From Tubiluchus corallicola (Eukaryota; Animalia; Priapulida), in contig JAQGDQ010000437.1 of the NCBI GenBank assembly GCA_030141605.1, positions 124,001 through 188,000 of the forward strand: 64,000 bases of DNA. Reading direction: 5' to 3'. Of the stretch, positions 50,221 to 64,000 are shown in pieces. Numbering within the stretch: position 1 is the first letter of the stretch; the number at the start of each line of letters is the position of its first letter. The notes below the pieces were generated by a model, which saw only the letters and a list, made by a program, of their open reading frames with translations, ran no database searches and was not told the DNA's origin. Both the position numbers and the translations under genes were made by a program.

Positions 50221-53039
50221 GCTTAGGCTTCATTTCGGTCTGATTTTATTTCAAAAGGGGTTTACAACCCACGATTGCTCAGTGTCCTAACAAACGGTCC
50301 TAGAATTCGATAATAATCAAATTCGATTTGTATCGAATTCCAAAGTCACAAATTCGCATTCTGGTAGAGGACGCTGTCATTTACTTTTAATAACACTAAA
50401 AATTATGTGCATTTAGCTAGGCTCAAATGTATCCATTTTGATTCTGTTGTTTCTGCGGCTTCTCAGATTCCTTTCCTCTTGTATGAGTAGATGATGAAAT
50501 CGATTGCAAGGGTTCTTTAACAGTGTAACACCTTAATCCTTCTTCAGATTTACTTCCCCAACTTCCTTCAAAATGTTTTCCCATGTAAAACAATCAATCA
50601 TTCAATTTGGTTGCTTTGTGCATATTTCATTTTTTCTTTTACACTTGTCATTTTGTCACTTCATTCATCATTGCATTATCACCTTAACAACAATGAGTAA
50701 CAAATGTTGTAGGTGCTGCAAATCAGTGAAAAACAATCAAAGATGGACTCATTTAAAAGATTTTGAAAAATTGTCACTATAATAGAGATGAATATGTTTT
50801 TTTCCAGTTTTGTTCAGAAACGATATACTCGTTTAATAATATACTTTATGAAGATGATTTCAAACTAAATGCGTGCTTTGCAAACACTGGACTGATACTA
50901 GATAACAAAAGAATGAATAAATCACAGAGAAAGCCAAGTCATTTGATGTTTTAACTCAATATAAAGTGGATTAGTATGACAATCAAACGTAACTATAATA
51001 ATTGCAGCCTTCAGTTAAATGCAAATTTGTAAAATGGCCTTTTTATGTTTTAATAGAAATGACATATAAAACACTACAAAAATTGAATTGGAATATGGCA
51101 GTAATTGATTGTAGTACAGCTTTGATAAGCAAAATAATAAAATAACTAATTAGTATGGGACCTGGCTCACCTAAAAATGCTTTAAAATGTTTACAAGAAC
51201 AAACAAAATAATAAACCAAGCAAGTAATAATGGCATTTTATAATATTCATAGCATACCTGGCAACAGGTGCGTATAATAGTTCAGCGGCTCTTATAAATT
51301 GGACCTAGACTGAAAATTTTTGCTATGTTCGACAAGTCAATAAATCACAACTCAAACTAGAGAAAAATACAGTTAGTAGGTTATCACATTCACAGCACTC
51401 TATAGAAAAATTTAGGATGGTAGGTCATCATATTACAACACTCTAAGAAATTCATAACACACTAAGATTTAAACTCTTGCTAACTGGCTTACTACACATC
51501 AAAATACTAAAGTTTTTTATAACAATGAACAAAATAAAGAAAACAATCAAACTATTAAATGGTAGCTTATGCGACACAGCACTATATCAGAGCTAACAAC
51601 AGAGCTAAGACAATAAAAGGAGACCAACTAATATTTGCAATGTAACTATTATATCACGAAGAAAAATGGTACCGAAGCAAAACGGTACGGCTACAGTCTG
51701 TATAATATCATATCACCATTTTCATGAAGTGGGCATGTACTTCTCAATGATGTGTAGGGATGTGTGATCAAATGGCATATGTCGTAAACTATGTTTTATA
51801 AATGTCACAAAAAACACGGATCCAGATTTGTTTCAAAAATAGCTACGGATACGGATCCGTATTCCATATCGTAGAAAGATGAGTATGGATCCGTACCTTC
51901 AGCCACTGCCTTATTTTAATTAACAAGGGAAAATTAATTCATTGTTAATTACAGGCATTTGCATAGTGCTTATATATAACACCCTTATATATAAGGCACT
52001 TATATATAAGCTTAGTGATAATAATTGCAGCAAATCATTAATTGTTATAATGTCATCCACCACCAATCCTTCACCTCTTCCCCCCTGCACTTTTTATTGT
52101 ACTCATCCTTTATCCAAACATCACCCCATCCATAATTCCACTATCAGAGTACATAGGCTTAAAAGCTTTTACTTCTGAGTATTCTACATCCCAAGTAATG
52201 ATATTGCTGTATTTTTGTTATTGGCTTTGTTATGTATATTGCTTGAGATAAACTACTATTACGGTATACCATTATACGGTATCACTACAACGGCATTTAA
52301 TATCATGTGTTGAGACTTCACCTGAACTTTCTCTAAACGGTTTAACATTTTCTACAAGTAAATAAATGCTCTGTAGTGTCTAATTCACTGCTGCACATGG
52401 GACACATTAAATTCCTACAAGTGAAGCTTGCTTTCGTCGACCGAGTTTAAAATCAAACAAGCTTGAATCAAATACTCTTCACTGAAATTTCCGAACCAAA
52501 GATTCCGCTTTCTGCTCTTTGAGTGGAAAAGGCAAAGGAGAAAAGCGTTGTAGTAAAAAATACGAAAATAAAGCAGAAATTCGCTTTTGGAAGACTGCTG
52601 TTTTGTTTTCAGAAATTGTTGTGTAACTTTTAGCCCACTGTACATGAGCTGCTGGTGGTCCTATGAACAGTAAGCCTAAGTAGCTAAAGGGTAACTGCGC
52701 TAGACAGGTAAGCCGTATTTCTAATTGCTTCAATTGTTGGTGTACAGTAAGAACGAAATTATACTATAAGGTTCAAAGTAGATGCCCAAGCTTCTACTAG
52801 TTCAGAGTTCAAAGCAGATGCGCAAGATGCATTTAATTGTTTAAAGCTTTATTGTAATGTTAGCCAAAACCTGAACTGTTCAGACCTCTCAAACCCAAGA
52901 TGCAGCAAAATGGAGACATTTTTCAGAAAAAGTCGAGGAATGAGCTTAGCTAAGTTACTAAATACTGCATGCTATGATCTTGATGTGGAATTATTCTTAA
53001 TTCAATACAGAGTAATGTAAATTGCTCCATATTGGTCAT

Positions 53040-54070
53040 AATATAATCCGAAATACACTTATTCCTTCCATTTGCAAGACAATGAAGGCATAATAAAATC
53101 AACAGTGGTCACAAACTGTGAGAAAGACTTGGGTGTACTAATTGATGAGGACCTAAGTTACACAATCATACAAGCTCTGTATGTATCAATTGTCATATCT
53201 TGCTAGTAGGTCTGAATATCCGCGACGCAAGAAACCGAGCGGCTCATCAGGTGTTTTAAAGTTTTTGAAATCACCAAATGAGGTGAGGAAAACAGGTGAT
53301 GGACTAGTGAGTTCCAAGAAAAAGAGAAAACTGGTGTATGAAGGCGTGACAAAGACGGCAAAACGAGTACGGAGAGCACGCTTAGCAAATGCCTGCTATG
53401 ACTTTCAAGATTAAAGCTATTCTAAACTATGCCACAAGATAGAGTTACCATGCTTTATGAGCTTTTGGGGCTTAAGTCAATACTCCGCATGGCACCATTA
53501 CAGCTAGTATCTCGTTTGATTGAGTAGTCCCAGAGCCTCGTTAGTACAATGAATATTCTACAGATAATAAAATTCTTGGAGCCATCAAACATACATTTAC
53601 ATAGATAAACAATGAAATGACTGTTCAGATAATCAAAACTCTTATTAGACCACACATAGAATATGCAAATGTTGTTTGGGACCAAGGTTTATTGGAGATG
53701 CTCAACTCCCTTTGCAATGAAGTGCTACCAAGCCGGTTCCGTGATTTTAGTGACTTGAATTACACGGAAAGACCAAGAAAATTAAGCATTCCATCTTTAC
53801 AATACAGACACCAATGATGTGACATGGTTTGTAGAATTATCAGTAAAATCGATGTTTCGGACGAGTCATTATTCTTTCTAAGGAATTCAGCATTCTACAA
53901 GAGGATATCCTTATAAACTCTATAAACCCGGAGCCAGACTGGATGTAAGGAAGTACACCTTCCGAGTTGTAAACAGTGGGAACAGTCTAAACGGCAAAAC
54001 TATAGCATCTAAATCAATAAATAAATTTAAACGAAATTTAGAATGAGTGGAATCAAAAAAAGTTTCTTGT
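53040..54070 (+). mobile_element. Decayed CR1-type LINE fragment interrupted by ~53180-53610
   Basis: EKDLGVLIDEDL, KTLIRPHIEYANVVW and LNYTER..LSIPSLQYR motifs. Confidence 0.75.
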
Positions 54071-54417
54071 ACCGTGTACACACACTACTGCCAGTAGAGA
54101 ACAGGCATTACATGTGATCCATGGATCTACCTCTAGCTTTAACATTGGATATGGCTAGGAATCTAGTAATCATTACGAACACTTTGTTACGTGCTTGCTG
54201 TATGACACAAATAAATGAAAATTGAATTGAACTCTAGGCTGGTTTGTAGAAGAAATATTTGTCATTTTTTATGAGGATGCCGTACTTACTTTAAAAATAT
54301 GTCTTGACTTACAAACAATAAATGATTAATTTTAAATCATTTAGGTAATAGTATGAAATCCGTATTTTATGAGTGCGCTAATCAGTATTTTTTCCATAGT
54401 CGTGATGTGAGGAAATA

Positions 54418-57400
54418 ATGAGTTCCGGCGGAGGGAAGTTGTACGCAAAGGGGAATGCTAATCCAGAGATGATCACATTGCCTTCGGGGAGGACGCTGGC
54501 AGAAGCAATGAAGGCTGTGGAGAATCAGGTTTCTGTAAGTTTGCGGAATAAGCATTTTGATGTTTGCTCAACCCGTTAAAATGTTACCAGGTTATTCAAA
54601 CGTTTTACGCAAAAATTAATGTTGTTTAATACCTACAAGTTAAGTTTTTCCCAATGGGTAGTGTCAAGAATTTTAGGTTATTTTATTACTTCAGTGTTCT
54701 CTCATTCTGTAAACCCCCTATACTGTCCTTTAACTGCATTCGTATGTATGTCTAAACTTACATCTTTGTCTCATCTTACTAACTTGCTAAAGAGAACTCG
54801 ACTGACAAAATTTTGTTATGAAACGACACGACGTACTTTCCTATCCTGTCTGCAAAATGAGGCCAATGGTCTATTTCCTGTCCTAGCTCACCTGTCTATC
54901 AACAGCCTACATTTGCAAAAAACAAACACAAGGAGGCACCACGTGCTTATATCCAAAACAATGCTGTACAGTTTTACTGTTGAACAGTTTTAGATACAAG
55001 TGATTATTTGGAAGCTAGAAGGTTTTGAAGTGAAAATTCTGGAGAAATTTTGCAAATTTTTTCGAATTATTCTGTGAATTAAATTTACGGTACTAGAAAT
55101 AATTGAGTAAAAAAAATCTAAAGATAAAATTTACAGTGTGGAAAGAAAATTTAATTCTCTTTCAGAAAAATATAATTTAAACCAGACAGTTTAGTCTAGT
55201 GGTAATGCGTCTGCTTTCCGTCTGGGAGGTCGTAAGTTCGAACCAGCGGCCAGGTCATACCAAAGACTTTAAAAATGTTCCCTGCTGTTGCGCTGCGTGG
55301 CGCGTGGTATTTAGGGTAAAAGTGGGGTAATAATAGTCTCTGTTATGTAGTTGTAGGTTGTTATTTACAGTTGGCGATAATAGCTATTCGAGCTAATGTT
55401 AATTGTTGACCCAAAAGCCGACTTTAAATAAAGATTATTATTATTATTACTATTATCATTATTATCATTAACATAGTCTCTGTTATGTAGTTGTAGGTTG
55501 TTATTTACAGTCGGTGATAATAGCTCTTTGAGCTAATGTTAATTGTTGACCCAAAAGCCGACTTTAAATAAAGATATTATTATTATTATTATTATTGCAT
55601 TAGTATCTCATACATGTAGGCCGTTATGTGCTGTTTTATTGAGGGATGTCCAAATTATACAAATATTTGTTATCGTGAAGGAGAAAGTAATTCGATAATA
55701 AGAATGTTAAACTTCATTTTATACCAAATCCTAGAGGCAACGCAGCTTTCTCCACTTTGTCTCTTTTCTGTCGCGAAGTTCACCTTAATTACTTCGAGTT
55801 GATTAACTTGACTTTTAAATATTACATTGTGTCTTCTTGCTCATTTCTTCATCTCATTCCCTCCCTTTTTTAGGCTTGTTACAACATTGATGTAGCTTAA
55901 ATTTCCCTCTAATCTTACTGTACTTATTTGTTACAGCTTTGATATAGCTTAAATTCCCCTCTAATCTTACTGTACTTATTTGCTTCTGAATGACCTTTTA
56001 CATTAATAGTGTTCTAGTTTTCTGTATTTAAGCTATGTAAGACAGGTCTACCTTGAACATTTAGACGTGTGGGCTAGCCAGGCTAGTTGTTCCACTGTGT
56101 TTTAGTATAATGGTATTTTAGTATTGTTAACATTTATGTTATTTGCTTCTGAATGAACCTTTTACATTAATAGTGTTCTAGTTTTCTGTATTTAAGCTGT
56201 GTAAGATGGGTCTACCTTGAACATCTAGACCTGTGGCTAGCCAGGCTAATTGTTCCGCTGTGTTTTAGTATAGTTACCTAATATAATTGCTCATGACTTG
56301 TTAATATTTATGTTATTTGCTTCTGAATGACCTTTTACATTAATAGTGTTCTAGTTTTCTGTATTTAAGCTGTGTAAGACAGGTCTACCTTGAACATTTA
56401 GACCTGTGGGCTAGCCAGGCTAATTGTTCCGCTGTGTTTTAGTATAGTGGTATTTTAGTATTGATAATAATTATGTTATTTGATTCTGTGATTGTACCTG
56501 CTAGTATAGATGTTATAATATAATTCCTCGTGACTTGTTAATGATTGTTTTTTATTCTTTGATTGAAAAAGCTAACAGGCTTAATACTTGTGGGCAAAGT
56601 TTAATTCAGTAACAGCTCTCCCACCTATTTCATTGCCTACATTTTCTCTCTGAACTTTGACTCTTTTTTTAAAATGTCCATTTTTTTAATTTTAGGTACC
56701 TGCTAAGTATTTTTTATAACTGCTATTATGCATCAATTTTCTATGGAAGTCAACTGAATACAGAAAACTATGTGAATATATTCTGTGTCATGACATTTGT
56801 GTACCTGAAAACCAAAATCGTCGTCCATAAGTCAGCATAGTTAAAACTGCGATATGATAGTTGAAAGTAGAATGCTCCAAAAATTTGGCTAAATTTTTAT
56901 TTTTTATGAAGACAAATGCTAAATATATTGGACTTTTATATTCTAGTACCAAATTATCAGGAAAATGTCCGCAAAATACTAAAAATCTAATTTTATAACT
57001 CCGTACCCACTTTTCTAGATACCACTGCTTCCACGTACTCAGTGGATGCTGAGTACGTGGCTGTCTCCACATACTCTGCTTCTCTGTTTCCACGTACTCC
57101 CATGTTTCCACGAAAATGGCTGCTTCCACGTACTCATGGAAGCAGCCATTTTGCTTCGTTTTTTTTTCTGTTGACGAGACCAGATCTTCATGAGGAAGAG
57201 CCATCTACTGGATTTAAACATAACTTCGATGTGTTTTTCTAAGGTGCATGGCAACCACACTTTCGTACGGTTGCTAAGTGTTTTGTAGACGCATGACAAA
57301 AAAAATGGCTGACATTTCTCAAATTAGGTTTTTCACTGCGTAGCCTGCACCTCAACTTCAACATGGATTATCTCAGCTTAGAAATAACATAGAGCCATGA

Positions 57401-60400
57401 ACTTGGTATCAAAATGATCCTCATGAAATGGAGATTTGGGATATGTGAACAACTAGAAAAGCTTAACTGCCGACTTATGGACGATTTTGCTATGCAAGCG
57501 ACATTTCATGATGATAGAACTTGGTACAGTGCTTAGTAGAAATAAGAAAAGGTTGTAGGGATGTTTTACCACATAGAAAAACAGTTTAAATACAAAACTG
57601 AACCAGACCAGATTGTCCCAGAAAATCGATAACCCTATAACGAGGCAGTATTAACCCTTTCAGTACGTAGTTGCCGTAGCAGCGAAACAAACAGACCCAG
57701 GTGACCATGCTTAGAGCTGAGCTTGGGTGGCCGGTGGCAGTCTACTGCCTTCACAAAACACATATTGTGCCGCCTTCCGTAGTGAAAGGGTTAACATGAG
57801 GTTTAAATTTTTACAGGGGGCTTCCTCCACTGTACCAGCTGCAACACTGACGAACACTGGCATCATTGCTGTGTCGTCGATGCCGTCGTCTCTCACTCAA
57901 CCAATCAAACCTTCGATAATAATGCACACTCCAGCGGTGGTGACCCAGCAAGTGCTGACCACCGTGCCGGTCACTGCTCCACCACCTTCAGCGATACCTA
58001 ATAAGGTAATTAATTATATGCGTGCTTGTGAACCATGTGTAACAATGGAACGGATAAGGCTATTTCATAATGCGACTGTTTTACACCTAGCATTCAACGC
58101 CACTATGCAGTGGCTTCGTATGGATGAGTCCATGACAATGTAGAGGGGGAGGGGTCGAAAATGAATGGCATTACCCCCCAGTAACAATATAATAAATACT
58201 TAATAAGCCTTTTCACAATTTCGTTGTGGTGGGTGCACACATTTACTGTAGGTCAAAGGTTAAGTGTACTATAGCAATGTATCTTAACTACAATAGTCAC
58301 ATGACATGCAGTTAAAGCAAAGCCATCTGTTACATCAGTTCAGTAACTTCAGTTGTTTTAAGTGGACTTTACTTAATTACGCATTAGTGTGTGCATAGAG
58401 TGATTTAATAGAGTGATAGAGTGATCTTGCTTGGGAACAAGAAAAAAATGAACTAGGTAAGGTTCTAGCTAGCTGTTAAAACTGTTAATGTTACAACAGC
58501 ATGGGCTGCGATGCATTGCAAAGTGAACACAAATTGCTGGTGTGCACAAGTGTACACGATCATCATCAATCGCTGGAACTGTGAAAAGTCTTATTCTTGT
58601 GTGTTCAAAGCTTTTTCCAGGACTTTCATCGTGTGATGGCTAACATAGACATAGACATAGAACATTTATTTTCTCCAATTAGTTTAACATCAAAAGTTTT
58701 TTAAATATTACCTAATTATAATCATGGAGCAGGGCAGGGAAGGTAGTCCCCTGCCCTTATAAATAGATTAGTCATATTAAAAATCAATAAAACTAACAGT
58801 TAGTCCTTAAACAGAAAATGTTCCGTAACGTTAATTAATTTTGACTTACTTTTTCGTTAAACTAATTAAAATCTCGAGTGTTTATTCTTCAGGTGTTGTG
58901 CAAACGAAGATTGCAGGAGCTCGTCCGCGAGGTGGATCCTAACGAATTCCTGGAAGAGGACGTGGAGGAGGTAAGATCCAGTTGATGTGGAGTAAAGTTT
59001 AGTGCCGCCTGCTGGTGGTTTTTGTGTAGAACGACAGATTGGTCAGTTTTTGAAGACACGGTCTGAATGTCTATGTGTAAAGCCAGGATGCCACGCGTGC
59101 ATAATGCACGATGTGTGCTGGCATACATATATATATATATCATAATATAATATAATATGATATGATGTGATGTGATGTGATGTGATGTGATGTGATGTGA
59201 TGTGATGTGATGTGATGTGATGTGATGTGATGTGATGTGATGTGATGTGATGTGATGTGATATGATATGATATGATATGATATGATATGATATGATATGA
59301 TATGATATGATATGATATGATATGATATGATATGATATGATATGATATGATATAATATAATATAATATATCATAATATAATTGTTATGTACAGAAGGCCT
59401 TCACTATTTCGTTCATGTTCCAAAGTCGTTTATTCTAAAGAGAATAATAAAGAGAACATTAACAAGTAAGAAAATAAATAAAATGATAAGCAGAAGCTTA
59501 GTAATTTCAAAGAAGTCAACTTATTGGTAAAAGTACTTTCTCAAATTTCAGAGATCAAATTCATAACTTAATTAAATTATTTAAGTTCATGTAACTTACA
59601 TCGTTGGCTCTTCGTCAAGATTTAAAATTTCTCAAGGTACAAATTTGGTTATAACTAAACGCTGTTATTAACTATAACACAATAACGACAAAAAACATTG
59701 CTGTGAATAAAAACGCGACCATCATTGTTCTCCTCCTGTCCTTTCCTCTCCACACTGCTAGTAGAGGGCAGCACCTTCCAATACATAGGTGTCGTTATGC
59801 ATATTGCAGTTACACACGATGTGTACTGACTGTCTCCATGTGTCCGTGAATGTTATGCGCATTAACAAAGCTCACGGCACTCTTTCCGCCATTTTTAGTA
59901 GCACTTAGTGGAAATTGCAAGTAATGTTTTTTGGAATACGTGCCTCTGTAGAAATGTCAACATGATGCGGCATGATCTTATTATTGTACTATGAAGTAAT
60001 TCAAAAGAAAGTGCAGGTTTTGTTTTTATTGCACGAGTTTTTGCAGGTGAAAACAATACGGCATGTATAGAGGCTAAAAATGAGTTTTGCAACATTTGGC
60101 ACTGCTTTCCTGCATAACATCGTTATTGTTAATTTATATTGTCATCATTCTGGTTGCCGTTATTGTAGTCATTGTCATAGTCATCACCATCACTATCATC
60201 ACCATCATCGTCATCATCATCATGATCATTACATCTTCATCATCATCTTCAGTATCATCATCACTATTGTCATCATCGTCATCATCATCGTCAATATCAT
60301 GATTATCACTATCGTCATCATCATCATCATCATCTTCATTATCATCTCTGCACTATCATCATCACATATCCTCCTCATCATCATCATCTTCACTTTCATC

Positions 60401-61981
60401 ATTAGTATTGTCATCATCATCATCATCATCATCATCGCTATCGTCATCATCACCATCATCACCATAATCATCATCGTCAGTATCACTATTATCATCACTA
60501 TCGTCATCATCATCATCCTTATTCATCGTCATCGTCGTTATCCATTTAAATTGTAGATTTGCACAGTGTTGTGAAACTGGTGTTTGTCAGTTTTTCATTT
60601 GTTATTGTCCAATTGTTTGTTTTATTCTTTTACATCAGATGCTGCTGCAGATAGCCGATGACTTCATCGACGGTGTGATAAACGCATCCTGTCAGCTTGC
60701 GAAGCATCGCTGTTCCAGCACGCTAGAACCAAAAGACGTACAAGCTCATTTAGGTATGATACGAGACAGTTATTTTCATTACGCCGTTCAATTTTACTAA
60801 ACATGGCTTCTCACATTTCAAAATGTAGTTTACACCTGTTTCTTCATAAGGACTCGATTAACTATTTTATAACATAATGAGCATTTTAATTTTACTAAAT
60901 TTTTCTTCAATGAAATTTTCTATTATTTTGGTGTTTTAAATCGTCATTTCAGTATTAGCTTTATGTCGAGTGAATTTTTACTGTCAAGCATTCAAGCATA
61001 TGGATTTTACGTTGTGCAAAAATAAATGAACTTAAAGCGCAAGAACTCCACTTACATTCGTTTTGAATTTTATGCCACTTATATGCTGTATTTTGCTTGC
61101 ACGCAAGTATATAATTTGACGACTGACCATTGGCTGTTTTGTGCTTGCATTGGTAAGGCAAGTATATACCTGCGTACGCTGTATAAAACTTCTAAATTTA
61201 AACTCCTACGGTGACCATTAGGTGCGGCCAATTTGACGACTGACCATTGGCTGTATTGTGCTTGCATTGGTAACGCAAGTATATAACTGCATACGCTGTA
61301 TAAAACTTCTAAATTTAAACTCCCACGGTGACCATTAGGTGCAGCCAATTTGACGACTGACCATTGGCTGTATTGTGCTTGCATTGGTAACGCAAGTATA
61401 TAACTGCATACGCTGTATAAAACTTCTAAATTTAAACTCCTACGGTGTCCATTAGGTGCAGCCAATTTGACGACTGACCATTGGCAAAAACAATATAATT
61501 GCAATTTGTTGCTGGCTCAAGGGGGCTTTGCCCCTTAACCCCATTGAGGGCCTAGGTGGCCCCAAAACCCCGGCCTGTTTCAGAGTTTTTTGCAATTTGT
61601 CATTCTCATCCCCGATTTATGGATAAGTACGGTGAGTGCCGGGTTCCAGAATTTCTTGAATATCTTGTATCTCATTTCTCACAGAACAACATTGGAACAT
61701 GAGCATTCCTGGGTTTGGCACAGAAGAATTAAGGACGAATAGAAAAATCCCATCCAAGATGGCCACCGAAGCACACAGACAGGTATGGTTCTCATATTTT
61801 AGCATTGTGTGCATACATCGGTGTCGGGGGGGGGGGGTATTACCCAGTAGGCTAACTAGGCTATTGCCTAGTGTGCTGAAGTTTATCCAAGAGGATCAGC
61901 AGTTTTTTATATTTTAATTGTTTTTTCTTTGTTTTGCTACAGAGGATGGCTTTGCTTGAGAAGGCAATGAAGAAATACTAG
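54418..61981 (+). CDS. TAF12: Transcription initiation factor TFIID subunit 12, ~211 aa, 6 coding exons
   Basis: Exons 54418-54534 (putative first), 57817-58005, 58893-58970 (VLCKRRLQELVREVDPNEFLEEDVEE), 60639-60753 (MLLQIADDFIDGVINASCQLAKHR...LEPKDVQAHL), 61685-61782 (EQHWNMSIPGFG...TEAHRQ), 61943-61981 (RMALLEKAMKKY*). This is the TAF12 histone-fold signature. Confidence 0.93.
55181..55596 (+). mobile_element. tRNA-derived SINE with Meta/RUDI-like core and a duplicated 3' tail
   Basis: A box TAGTCTAGTGG, B box GTTCGAACC, core GGTCATACCAAAGACTTTAAAAATG. The ~120-nt tail ending AATAAAG(ATT)n occurs twice. Confidence 0.75.
55975..56480. repeat. Three tandem ~170-180-bp units
   Basis: TATTTGCTTCTGAATGA(A)CCTTTTACATTAATAGTGTTCTAG recurs at ~55977, ~56140 and ~56313. 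Confidence 0.9.
57655..57790. mobile_element. 136-bp piggyBac-like MITE, same family
   Basis: TTAA|CCCTTTCAGTACG...CGTAGTGAAAGGG|TTAA; ends 26 nt before a TAF12 exon. Confidence 0.85.
59125..59380. repeat. Pentanucleotide microsatellite ATAAT/ATGAT/GTGAT
   Basis: Directly visible. Confidence 0.97.
60150..60540. repeat. Degenerate (CAT)n trinucleotide tract
   Basis: Directly visible. Confidence 0.95.
61085..61485. repeat. ~117-bp tandem repeat, ~3.3 copies
   Basis: AATTTGACGACTGACCATTGGC recurs at ~61113, 61230, 61347 and 61464. Confidence 0.92.
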
Positions 61982-62321
61982 TTAGCAATTCGATTTTGCA
62001 TAAGAAGGGAAGGAGTACCAATCACCTATGGCTGACAATAGGTCAGCACAGTATTAATTGTGACTTTTCTATCAACGACACAAGATGTCTGTCTGCACTT
62101 GTTACGTGTGTTACTTGGATGCAAGAGCACTATCCATGCTAGACCGTTATACGTTAAACCGAATCAGTATTGGTTGCCTTTCACTTACTAGTTTAAGTTG
62201 TAGACTTTGCGTAGAAACAAAATATAACGTCGGTGTTATGGTGCCAGTTGGTGTGATTCCGCTGGCCATAAAAACTTTACCGAACCAGTATTATCAGATA
62301 GTAGATGTTGTGACTCTGACT

Positions 62322-62878
62322 TTAAGGAAAACCAGATGATTGTTTAGACCCAATCTCATTTTAATTTACTGTCCAAAATTTATATTTTCTTGCTTAAAAA
62401 AGTTTGCAATTGTTTCTAATATTTGAATAATTACCTTGAAAAGTTAATCAACGGCAACCGAACGCAGCAGTCGCTTACGTCACAAACTAACCACAGTTTG
62501 TGCAATGGTAGGCATCTTCCCCTGCGCATCAAGCAGGTTTGCATAAGCAAAGATTGCTATAAGACGCTGCTGTGATGTCTCGAAAATGAGCTGTAGTTCA
62601 CACTGATGCCACAGACGAACACCGCAGTTCATGATCACGCTTATCGCGGTACTGCGCCTATTTTTCGGCCATGCGAATGTGACAAAAAGGCGCCATTGCC
62701 AGTCCTACTGGATTTGCAGAGCCGCGCGTGGCTTCGACAGGTTAACAAAATTTAACTATTCGAGGTGATTATTATTTAATCTAAGCTTTGATTTAAAAAA
62801 AGCTGTTGCAGTTTTTAGTATTTTAGAGCATTCTTTATTTTGAACTAATGTCTACACAATCATCCGGTTTTCCTTTAA
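62322..62878. mobile_element. Kolobok-like MITE
   Basis: TTAAGGAAAACCAGATGATTG...CAATCATCCGGTTTTCCTTTAA. Confidence 0.8.
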
Positions 62879-63026
62879 GCTTTGATAGATTCATCGATTT
62901 CCTCGTGTCAATCAAATTAAATCAAAATTACGCGACGTCTAGAGGTGTTGTATAGCATGAAATTGTTGTTGTTGCTTGTTGTCATGGAGACCGGAAAATC
63001 AAGTTGTTGTTAGATGTTTGTCTTCC

Positions 63027-63310
63027 ATGTAATTATAATCACTGTAAAATTTTATTACAAAGTAAAGTTCTGATCGTTTGTTCATAGTAAGGGAATCCAT
63101 TGCAAAATCTTTAGAGATTTTGGTTTGTGCGTTGTTTAGTTTACGCTTGTTTGTTTCTTTGTTCTGCTTTTCTCACTACATTCCTCTCCCGTGTAATTAT
63201 AATCACTGTAAAATTTTATTACAAAGTAAAGTTCTGATCGTTTGTTCAGAGTAAGGGAATCCATTGCAAAATCTTTAGAGATTTTGATTTGTGCGTTGTT
63301 TAGTTTACGC
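63027..63310. repeat. ~166-bp tandem duplication
   Basis: TGTAATTATAATCACTGTAAAATTTTATTACAAAG occurs at ~63028 and ~63192. Confidence 0.9.
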
Positions 63311-63469
63311 TTGTTGTTTCTTTGTTCTGCTTTTCTCACTACGTTCTTAACCTGATTCCACAAAGAGATTTGTATGCTTGCAAACCCAAACCATAAGTCT
63401 CCATAGTTATAACTGTGTCATGGTGCTTCAAAGCAGTATGCTCCAAAAATTTGATAATTATCGTTTGAT

Positions 63470-64000
63470 AATTGACAAAGCAGCAGTATTTAGGAAGATG
63501 GGAAAAATCTGGGCAAACAGGAAAATTGACAGGAAAATCAAGCTTTGTTTGTACAACACCATTGTGCTGACAACGGCTGTTTATGCCTGCGAAACCTGGG
63601 AAGTCGCAGCAGCGATATCAAAGAAACTGGACGTCTTCCACCATAAATGTCTTCGGAAAATCCTAAAAATATCCTATCGCGACCTTGCTACCAATGTGGA
63701 AGTGCTATAGCAGGCGCAGTCAAGGCAGTTGCAGGAAATAGTTGCAGAGAGAAGACTGAGATTGGCTGGACATATTCTCCGCCTACCAGAACAACGCCAC
63801 TACAAAATAGCGTTACTCTGGGAACCACCTGGTGGAAAAAGGAAAAGAGGTCGACCAAAAACAACGTGGTGCAGATCTTTCAAAGAAGACCTTCGGGCTA
63901 TGAACAGACGTTGGGAGAACATCGAAAGAGAAGCCAGTGGAAAATGCTGTCTTCCCAATGTGCATCTGTGCACGGGAAGGACTAAGGTTAAGGTAAGGTT
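63470..64000 (+). mobile_element. RTE-clade LINE 3' end with a (TAAGGT)-like tail
   Basis: IKLCLYNTIVLTTAVYACETW...LDVFHHKCLRKIL, then RRLRLAGHILR...GKRKRGRPKTTW after an in-frame stop. Confidence 0.85.

Noticed and set aside
55181-55255. tRNA gene
   Set aside because: A and B boxes are present but there is no clean cloverleaf, and it continues into a SINE core and tail.

Overview
AT-rich, intron- and transposon-rich eukaryotic DNA, most likely an invertebrate animal; nothing here is prokaryotic. Four spliced genes could be assembled by hand with GT-AG introns and consistent phases. (1) A secreted, probably GPI-anchored 4-Ig-domain protein, nephrin/KIRREL/IgLON-like (minus, 1831-13520). (2) Rab39 (plus, 17513-19699). 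(3) CCDC174 (minus, 28339-50084), which has two homologous tandem terminal exons giving ~384 aa or ~1093 aa isoforms. (4) TAF12 (plus, 54418-61981), head-to-head with CCDC174. The rest is microsatellites, minisatellites, hAT/piggyBac/Kolobok/Harbinger/pogo-type non-autonomous DNA elements (several with readable TSDs), solo LTRs and LINE fragments. Most notable: three copies of a SINE with a 5S rRNA head and a bipartite RTE body; a Tigger/pogo-type TIR element enclosing an orphan TMEM230 exon; an LTR-bounded duplicate of part of Rab39 exon 1; a solo LTR with a perfect 4-unit heat-shock element; and a 3.4-kb nearly AG-free 24-mer satellite abutting a splice acceptor. Family assignments rest on recalled motifs, not database searches.
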